DNA of 32,000 bases from Nostoc sp. PCC 7120 = FACHB-418 (GTDB lineage Bacteria > Cyanobacteriota > Cyanobacteriia > Cyanobacteriales > Nostocaceae), in NCBI RefSeq assembly GCF_000009705.1, contig NC_003272.1, positions 60,001 to 92,000 of the forward strand, in the 5' to 3' direction. The notes under the pieces are model-generated. The model was given only the letters and a program-made list of their open reading frames with translations. It was not told where the DNA came from and ran no database searches. A program made the position numbers and the translations under genes. Within the stretch, counting starts at the first letter, position 1; every line of letters starts with the position of its first letter. Below are positions 26,231 through 32,000 of this stretch, one piece after another.

Positions 26231-27421
26231 TTATGGGTTTAGTGAGGGCAAATAACCTTCTACTAAGCAATCAGAACCCACCACACGCCAACGCACTCGT
26301 TCTAGAATTAAAGCCTCTGTCATGGTATCAAAGCCCAAATCACCCACAGGCGTAGGTGCATGGCTACCACCAATGATTTTAGGAGCGATAAAAGCCAGGA
26401 TTTTCTGTACAGCACCTTGAGCGATCGCACTAGCAGCTAAAGTCCCACCACACTCCCACAATACGCTACAAAAACCGCGATCGTATAAGTAAGACATAAC
26501 AGTTTCTGGTGTCAGCGATGCTAACTCTACGATTTCCACTCCCTTTTGCTGCAACAGTTTTTGGAAATCTGGATTAGCGCCTACTTGAGTCAATACTAAA
26601 GTTGGAGCCTCGACTGTTTCCCAAAGATGAGCATCCAATGGCAAATCCATCTGACGACTCATCACCACCCGCAAAGGATTATGTACCCCTTCTTGGTGAC
26701 TAGTTAAGTAAGGATTATCTCGCCGTACCGTATTCCCACCAACAATTACCGCATCACAAGCAGCCCGCAATTGATGAACTTCGCCACGAGCTGATGGATT
26801 TGTCACCCAAGCGCTGTGACCAGACGTAGTTGCTATTTTGCCATCTAAAGTCATGGCATATTTCAAAATACCCAAAGGCTTTTTGTGGACAATCCGATGT
26901 ACAAAGCCTTCATTCAGTTGCTGACAGGCTGCCATTTCCACACCCACCAACACCTCCACCCCAGCCCCACGTAACCGGGCAATCCCACCACCACCTACCA
27001 GGGGATTCGGGTCAACCATACCCACCACTACCTTCGCTACACCAGCAGCAATCAATGCTTCCGAACAAGGGGGAGTACGTCCGTAATGATTACAAGGTTC
27101 CAAATTAACGTATACAGTAGCACCACGAGCCAGTTCTCCTGCTGCCCTGAGAGCAAAAACTTCTGCATGAGGCTCACCTGCACGGGGATGAAACCCTTCC
27201 CCCACAATTTCCCCATCTTTCACAACAACTGCCCCTACTAACGGGTTAGGCGAAGTACGCCCTAAAGCACGACGTGCCAGTTCTAAACACCGTTGCATCA
27301 TGCGGACATCAAAATCATTTCCTACCCTCTGTGGCACTGATGGCTGTATTGAGGGTTCGTGTTGCTGAATGTTGTTGGGTTGGGATGCACCTGCTTGAGC
27401 GACCACTGGAAATTTATCCAT
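26231..27421 (-). CDS. ribD: Bifunctional riboflavin biosynthesis protein RibD (pyrimidine deaminase / uracil reductase)
   Basis: Deaminase Zn motifs HAEVFAL and EPCNHYGRTPPC. The reductase domain has KYAMTLDGKIAT, GGNTVRRDNP and ECGGTLA. The longest ORF adds about 40 N-terminal residues of low complexity; Met41/42 (near 27301) is an alternative start. Confidence 0.93.
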   Translation of the reverse strand: MDKFPVVAQAGASQPNNIQQHEPSIQPSVPQRVGNDFDVRMMQRCLELARRALGRTSPNPLVGAVVVKDGEIVGEGFHPRAGEPHAEVFALRAAGELARGATVYVNLEPCNHYGRTPPCSEALIAAGVAKVVVGMVDPNPLVGGGGIARLRGAGVEVLVGVEMAACQQLNEGFVHRIVHKKPLGILKYAMTLDGKIATTSGHSAWVTNPSARGEVHQLRAACDAVIVGGNTVRRDNPYLTSHQEGVHNPLRVVMSRQMDLPLDAHLWETVEAPTLVLTQVGANPDFQKLLQQKGVEIVELASLTPETVMSYLYDRGFCSVLWECGGTLAASAIAQGAVQKILAFIAPKIIGGSHAPTPVGDLGFDTMTEALILERVRWRVVGSDCLVEGYLPSLNP

Positions 27422-27522
27422 AACTTTGGGAATTACTGTAAATATTCTGCACTTTAAATGCTCTTATAGTGATATTTAAACAGTAATATCCCTTCGCGGG
27501 TTGTTTATCTGCACCTTCTCCT

Positions 27523-27936
27523 ATGCCTACCAAAGACCTGTATCATGATGTGGTAAAAAATGCTCTGATTAAAGATGGATGGCTAATAATTGCTGACCCT
27601 TTCATAATTAAATATGAAGATGCTGAACTTTATGCTGATTTAGCCGCAGAAAAACCAATCGCAGCAGAACGTCAGGGACAGAAAATTGTTGTAGAAATTA
27701 AAAGCTTTATCGGTAAGTCTCAGATGTATGACTTTCATAACGCCCTGGGGCAGTACATCGTCTATCGCAACCTTATCCAAGTCAGCGAACCTGAATATAA
27801 TTTATACCTAGCAATTGACGACATTGTTTATTTCAATTTTTTTCAACGTCGATCCATCCAACTCATTGCCCGTCAAAACAACTTGCAATTAATTGTCGTA
27901 GATACACTGAACAGGAGCAAATTGTGCAATGGATAA
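27523..27936 (+). CDS. xisH: XisH family protein (fdxN-element excision-controlling factor homologue; nuclease-like)
   Basis: MPTKDLYHDVVKNALIKDGWLII.DPF.IKYEDAELYADLAAEK.IAAERQGQKIVVEIKSFIG...ALGQYIVYRNL matches the XisH family pattern. A D...E-x-K arrangement (YADL ... VVEIKS) is visible. Confidence 0.9.
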   Translation: MPTKDLYHDVVKNALIKDGWLIIADPFIIKYEDAELYADLAAEKPIAAERQGQKIVVEIKSFIGKSQMYDFHNALGQYIVYRNLIQVSEPEYNLYLAIDDIVYFNFFQRRSIQLIARQNNLQLIVVDTLNRSKLCNG

Positions 27937-28306
27937 ATTAAGCTACTATCGGCATACTGTCCAAGAAATAATTAAAAAATATTATGACTTGAGCAATTCT
28001 CAACTCGCTACTGCCACAGAAACTAAAATTAGCGATGGCGTTCCGGACACCGTGGGCGATCGAATGATTATAGACGAACAACGCGACCAATATCTATGGT
28101 TACGTTGTGGCTGGGATGGCAAAAAACGGGTACAGCATATTATCTTATACCTCCAGATTCAAAACGGTAAAATCTGGATAGAAGAAGATAGCACCGACTT
28201 AGCAATTGTTGATGAGATGCTGGTAGCAGGTATTCCCCAAACCGACATTATTTTGGGCTTTCATCACCCCAGCAAAAGAGGACTGACTGAATTTGCGATC
28301 GCCTGA
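27929..28306 (+). CDS. xisI: XisI family protein
   Basis: MDKLSYYR..VQEIIKKY, DEQRDQYLWLRCGWDGKKRVQHIILYLQIQNGKIWIEEDSTDLAIVDEMLVAGIPQTDIILGFHHP matches the XisI pattern. Its ATG overlaps the last 8 nt of xisH, and an AGGAG sits at 27913-27917. Confidence 0.9.
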   Translation: MDKLSYYRHTVQEIIKKYYDLSNSQLATATETKISDGVPDTVGDRMIIDEQRDQYLWLRCGWDGKKRVQHIILYLQIQNGKIWIEEDSTDLAIVDEMLVAGIPQTDIILGFHHPSKRGLTEFAIA

Positions 28307-28473
28307 ACCAAATCAAGCTGAATAAGCTGGGGCGATTAACAGGAGATAGGTCTGCTTTAGTGGCAAAAATTTGCCATACTAGCTTGTGTCTAAAAGGTAT
28401 TGAGCTATTGATTTCGACTCAATACCAAAATTATCATAAGCTATTCTGCTTTTAAGTTGCACAATCCATCGTG

Positions 28474-28519
28474 AGGGCTCTTAACTGTTAACTGTCAACG
28501 GTCAACACTTAACAGCCCT
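28474..28519. repeat. STRR heptamers framed by a short inverted repeat, downstream of mreD and xisI
   Basis: agggct-c-ttaactg ttaactg tcaacgg tcaacac ttaac-agccct. Confidence 0.65.
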
Positions 28520-28560
28520 TATCAGTAGTTATACAATTTAGCCGCCCATGAGCTTAACTA

Positions 28561-29163
28561 CTAACTTTCCAACATCTTCATTCTTTGCCACCAACTATTG
28601 AGGGGATAGTACAGCACAGGGGCCCAAAGACTGCTGAGAATAGCAGAGGCTAGGGTGACACGTTGATAATATGCCCAAATGTATTCTGTTTGGCGATCGC
28701 CTGCTAAAGTCAATAACAGACCAAAAACCGTTTCTGCCAAAATTGCCATCCCAAAGACAATTAAGGCAATAGAAATAAAATCTTCTTGGATAAAACGCTG
28801 CTTTTGTAATAATCCAGTCAAAAAGCCGACTAACCCCAAGGTGATGGCATGGGACGGATGAGGGGATGTAATGGCATCTTGCAGCAGCCCTAACACAATA
28901 CCAGCAAAAGTTCCCGCCCATACTGAACGTTTGACACTCCAAGCTACCACCCAAATTAACAGCCAATTAGGGCCAATCCCCAATAATTCCATGCCTGGTA
29001 AGCGGGTTGGTAACAATAATAAACATAACAATACCGAACCAATCGTTACTCCCCAATCGAGTAGGTGAAGCAAACCCGGATGCCAACGCGACAAAGGCAT
29101 ACGCCGGACGCTGAATCTTCGCGCCGGCGGTTTTGATTTACCGTTAAATGAAGGTGTCTTCAT
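28561..29163 (-). CDS. mreD: Rod shape-determining protein MreD
   Basis: 200 aa polytopic membrane protein lying 24 nt downstream of mreC in the conserved mreB-mreC-mreD order. It has a basic N-terminal extension. Confidence 0.85.
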   Translation of the reverse strand: MKTPSFNGKSKPPARRFSVRRMPLSRWHPGLLHLLDWGVTIGSVLLCLLLLPTRLPGMELLGIGPNWLLIWVVAWSVKRSVWAGTFAGIVLGLLQDAITSPHPSHAITLGLVGFLTGLLQKQRFIQEDFISIALIVFGMAILAETVFGLLLTLAGDRQTEYIWAYYQRVTLASAILSSLWAPVLYYPLNSWWQRMKMLES

Positions 29164-29187
29164 TGTTTTGAGAGATTTCCAGAAAAT

Positions 29188-30009
29188 CTAGTTGGACTTT
29201 TGTTGCTGTGAGTTATTGGACTGTTGATTTTCCAAATCGGGGTTTGTCACCTTGGGATATACAGCCACCCAATCTAATGAACTGAGCGCTGGAAAAAGTT
29301 CAATTTTGGCGATTGATGCAGGTAATTTCTTCAAATCCAGTGATTTAATTCTGCCCACTGCCAAACCAGAGGGGAATCTTTGGCTATAAGTGGACGTAGA
29401 AACTAAATCTCCCACTTTCACATTTGGCACTTTTTCGTAAAATTCCAGCACAGCCTCCGAAGAAGAATCTCCCCGGAGAACACCTTTGGCTGAAGTCCGG
29501 CTAATAGTAACACCTACTTGACTTTTGAGGTCACTAATTAACAATATGCGACTGGTGTTAGGTGTAACGCTATCCACCAGACCAACTAATCCCCCCTCAG
29601 CTTTGACAATATAACCTTCTTTAATCCCAGCATTAGCACCGCGATTAATAGTTACTTGTTGCCACCAATGGTCAGCACTGCGTCCTATCACCCTTGCAGG
29701 TACTGGACGCGATGCTAGTGGTTGGTTTTGAACGTAGCCTAATAAATCTGTTAGTTTTTTGTTTTGACTTTCTAACTCGGTAATGCGTGTTTGCATCTCC
29801 AAGAATTGCGCTTTCTTGAGACGTTCTTCCTGACGTTCCTCTAAGCTTGGGCCTGTCTGCAACATTTGCAAAGGACGGGTAATTACTTGGTATGCTTCCG
29901 CTAAAAACCCGCCTTGAGTCTGACGCAACACCCAAGCACTGCCAACTGCTAACCCTAATAAACCAACTTGTAAGGCTTTGCGATCCCACCAACGACGTAC
30001 AGTAACCAT
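29188..30009 (-). CDS. mreC: Rod shape-determining protein MreC
   Basis: N-terminal TM (LQVGLLGLAVGSAWVL), a coiled-coil segment (ITELESQNKKLTDLL), beta-rich domains with GAN.GI..G..V....GLVG.V and SRILLI.D, and a Gln/Asn-rich tail. Confidence 0.9.
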   Translation of the reverse strand: MVTVRRWWDRKALQVGLLGLAVGSAWVLRQTQGGFLAEAYQVITRPLQMLQTGPSLEERQEERLKKAQFLEMQTRITELESQNKKLTDLLGYVQNQPLASRPVPARVIGRSADHWWQQVTINRGANAGIKEGYIVKAEGGLVGLVDSVTPNTSRILLISDLKSQVGVTISRTSAKGVLRGDSSSEAVLEFYEKVPNVKVGDLVSTSTYSQRFPSGLAVGRIKSLDLKKLPASIAKIELFPALSSLDWVAVYPKVTNPDLENQQSNNSQQQKSN

Positions 30010-30104
30010 TTATACCTATTCTCAGATTCAGAAGATACTGGATTCTATTTATATAAAACCCAAATCACAGCCAAATAGAACCCAATATCTAAATATTTTT
30101 TTCG

Positions 30105-31148
30105 CTACATATTTCGAGATCGTCCGCTAAAAACTCTTTCTAGCTGTTTGAAGTTTTCTAATACACGACCTGTTCCCAGCACAACACAGCTGAGAGGATC
30201 AGCCGCGATGTGGGTGACAATTCCTGTTTCGTGGCTAATGAGGGTATCTATACCTTTGAGCAAAGCACCACCGCCAGCTAGCATAATACCTCTGTCAATA
30301 ATGTCCGCCGCCAGTTCAGGAGGTGTACGTTCTAATGTCCGCTTCACCGCTTCGATGATTACAGATAAAGGTTCCAGCATACTTTCACGAATTTCTGGCC
30401 CCTTAATCGTGACAGTTCTTGGTAAACCTGAGAGCAGGTGTAAACCTCGGACTTCCATCATCGCATCGTCATCATCATGGGTAGGATAGGCAGAACCCAT
30501 GCGAATTTTAATATCCTCAGCAGTACGTTCCCCAATCACCAAGTTATGAACTTTCTTCATGTACATGATGATGGACTCTGTTAATTCGTCCCCAGCAATG
30601 CGTACTGATTCGCTAATTACAGTACCTTGGAGACTCAACACAGCAACTTCCGTAGTTCCCCCACCAATATCGATAATCATGTTACCAGTAGGTTCCGCAA
30701 CTGGTAATCCCGCACCGATCGCAGCTGCTACAGGTTCATCAATTAAATATACCTCTCTAGCTCCAGCTTGCGCCGCCGCATCCATGACGGCGCGTCTTTC
30801 CACCCCAGTTACCCCACTGGGAATGCCAATTACAATCCGGGGTAATATTAAAGACCTGCCTTCATTGACCCTCTGAATAAAGCTTTTCAGCATTAGTTCA
30901 GCTGTATCAAAGTCAGCAATTACCCCATCGCGCAAAGGTCGCAGGGCAATCACATTTCCCGGTGTGCGACCGAGCATTTTTTTAGCTTCTTCCCCAACTG
31001 CCAAAGCTACCTTTTCATTTTGATCGATAGCTACCACAGAAGGTTCTTGCAGTACAATACCTTTACCAGACACATAAACGAGGGTATTTGCTGTACCGAG
31101 GTCGATACCCATATCCCACGATGAGCGAAAGTTCCTAAAAAGCCCCAC
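30105..31148 (-). CDS. mreB: Rod shape-determining actin homologue MreB
   Basis: DMGIDLGTANTLVY, VIGIPSGVTGVERRA, IDIGGGTTEVAV, LAGGGALLKGID. The GTG start gives an N-terminus (GLFRNFRSSWD) that parallels E. coli MreB. Confidence 0.95.
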   Translation of the reverse strand: MGLFRNFRSSWDMGIDLGTANTLVYVSGKGIVLQEPSVVAIDQNEKVALAVGEEAKKMLGRTPGNVIALRPLRDGVIADFDTAELMLKSFIQRVNEGRSLILPRIVIGIPSGVTGVERRAVMDAAAQAGAREVYLIDEPVAAAIGAGLPVAEPTGNMIIDIGGGTTEVAVLSLQGTVISESVRIAGDELTESIIMYMKKVHNLVIGERTAEDIKIRMGSAYPTHDDDDAMMEVRGLHLLSGLPRTVTIKGPEIRESMLEPLSVIIEAVKRTLERTPPELAADIIDRGIMLAGGGALLKGIDTLISHETGIVTHIAADPLSCVVLGTGRVLENFKQLERVFSGRSRNM

Positions 31149-31482
31149 GCGTCTCTATGCCCCCTATTCCTGACATTTTATAGACTACAACTGTTAATGC
31201 GAATCGTGCTGGATTTTATTATGATTTTGAGCCTGAGTCCAGCCAAATAGGCTATATGTCGATAACTTTCGGCAATTTTTCCTCAGTCTCAAATATCCAC
31301 GGTATTGATATTCTCTGACTAATTCAGTATACCCGTATAGTTTTTCAATTTTGTCAAGTATTTCTGCATATTTTTATACTGTAAATTTATTGCTAAGTTT
31401 CTAACACATTTTCAATCAGGTCACAATTAGTTATGATTAAAGTCAAAATTAATAAGTACTTATGTACTAAAGGATAAGGCAG

Positions 31483-31842
31483 ATGAGCATTAACATTGTC
31501 ACCCTAGTAGGTCGCGTAGGCACTGATCCAGACATTAAATATTTTGAGTCTGGGAGTGTAAAGTGTAGATTAACTCTAGCCGTCAATCGGCGTTCAAAGA
31601 ACGATAAACCTGATTGGTTCACCTTAGAACTGTGGGATAAGACAGCAGAGGTCGCAGGCAATTATGTCCGCAAAGGTAGTTTAATAGGAGTTAAAGGTTC
31701 CTTGAAGTTTGACTCATGGAGCGATCGCCAAACTGGAGTTAATCGATCTACGCCAGTAATTAGAGTAGATCAACTAGAACTACTAGGTTCCAAACAAGAT
31801 AGAGACGGTGGTAGTAGCGACTTCGCACCAGAAAATTTTTAA
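31483..31842 (+). CDS. ssb: Single-stranded DNA-binding protein (short form)
   Basis: OB-fold pattern MSINIVTLVGRVGTDPDIKYFESGSVKCRLTLAVNRR....PDWF.LELWDKTAEVAGNYVRKGSLIGVKGSLKFDSW, with a short tail ending DFAPENF. Confidence 0.9.
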   Translation: MSINIVTLVGRVGTDPDIKYFESGSVKCRLTLAVNRRSKNDKPDWFTLELWDKTAEVAGNYVRKGSLIGVKGSLKFDSWSDRQTGVNRSTPVIRVDQLELLGSKQDRDGGSSDFAPENF

Positions 31843-31856
31843 TAGGTGAAGTAAGT

Positions 31857-31925
31857 GGTCAGTTGTTAGCAGCCAAGGAAACAACTGACCAATGACAACT
31901 GACTAATAACTAATTTGCAACGTGA
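31857..31925. repeat. Hairpin plus STRR2-type heptamers between ssb and a convergent gene
   Basis: ggtcagttgt...acaactgacc forms a 10 bp stem with a 14 nt loop, followed by tgaccaa tgacaac tgactaa taactaa. Confidence 0.65.
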
Positions 31926-32000
31926 CTGAGGCTTCAACCTGTTGTTCGCCACCAATTACGGGAGTAGACGCATCTGCACTGCTAAGTTTGGCAGCCTCGG
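31903..32000 (-). CDS. 3' end of an unidentified minus-strand gene that runs off the window (last 31 codons plus stop)
   Basis: My own translation of the reverse strand gives an open frame from the window edge, ...EAAKLSSADASTPVIGGEQQVEASVTLQISY, then TAG (complement of 31903-31905). It is too short for the ORF track and too short to assign a family. Confidence 0.3.
   Translation of the reverse strand, partial: EAAKLSSADASTPVIGGEQQVEASVTLQISY

Noticed and set aside
27422-27522. A possible FMN riboswitch upstream of ribD
   Set aside because: The divergent spacer is only about 100 nt, shorter than an FMN aptamer plus expression platform, and it shows no recognisable conserved FMN-element segments.
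27523-28306. Interpreting the XisH/XisI pair as evidence of an fdxN-type developmentally excised element within this window
   Set aside because: There is no XisF-like serine recombinase, no split gene and no direct-repeat borders. The flanking genes (ribD, mreD) are intact housekeeping genes.
28595-29992. Alternative-frame and antisense ORFs inside mreD and mreC (28595-28966, 28679-28861, 28871-29068, 29672-29992)
   Set aside because: They overlap the mreD/mreC frames, which are supported by operon context and family features. The sequences are Cys/Arg/Ser-rich with no recognisable motifs.
30148-30876. Two long plus-strand ORFs (113 and 105 aa) antisense to mreB
   Set aside because: They lie entirely within a gene that has unmistakable MreB motifs on the other strand. 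Their translations are Ser/Pro/Ala-rich low-complexity, as expected for the antisense frame of a well-conserved gene. There is no independent support.

Overview
This window looks like a chromosomal, mostly housekeeping segment of a filamentous heterocyst-forming cyanobacterium (Nostoc/Anabaena type). Three things support that. There are about 21 copies (counted by eye) of the HIP1 octamer GCGATCGC. STRR-type tandem heptamers (CCCCAGT/CCCCAAT, TAGTCAA, TTACCCA, TGACCAA) fill the intergenic spacers. The gene order (membrane-anchored Mn-SOD, orphan OmpR regulator, short Omp85, ribD, mreDCB divergent from ssb) resembles, from memory, the all0070-alr0088 neighbourhood of Anabaena sp. PCC 7120; I cannot verify that here. 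I call 33 complete CDS plus one C-terminal fragment at the right edge. I also call two copies of a roughly 215-220 bp MITE-like element, several GC-rich hairpin repeats, and a few intrinsic terminator hairpins. I found no rRNA, tRNA or CRISPR array. I do not see a clear, complete novel multi-gene system. The observations most worth a second look are: (1) a stand-alone, translationally coupled XisH/XisI pair wedged between ribD and mreD, with no recombinase or excision element nearby; (2) a 1 kb ORF-free region between rbfA and a DUF4327-like gene, carrying direct repeats and a HetR-site-like palindrome; (3) a solitary Wzc/BY-kinase-like gene with substituted catalytic motifs (Walker A Lys to Arg, Walker A' Asp to Asn, no C-terminal Tyr cluster) behind a 0.8 kb AT-rich leader; (4) a CobO/BtuR homologue whose P-loop is replaced; (5) the MITE-like family, which has conserved ends and swapped GC-rich cores. 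All family assignments come from reading the translated ORFs by eye. No searches were run.
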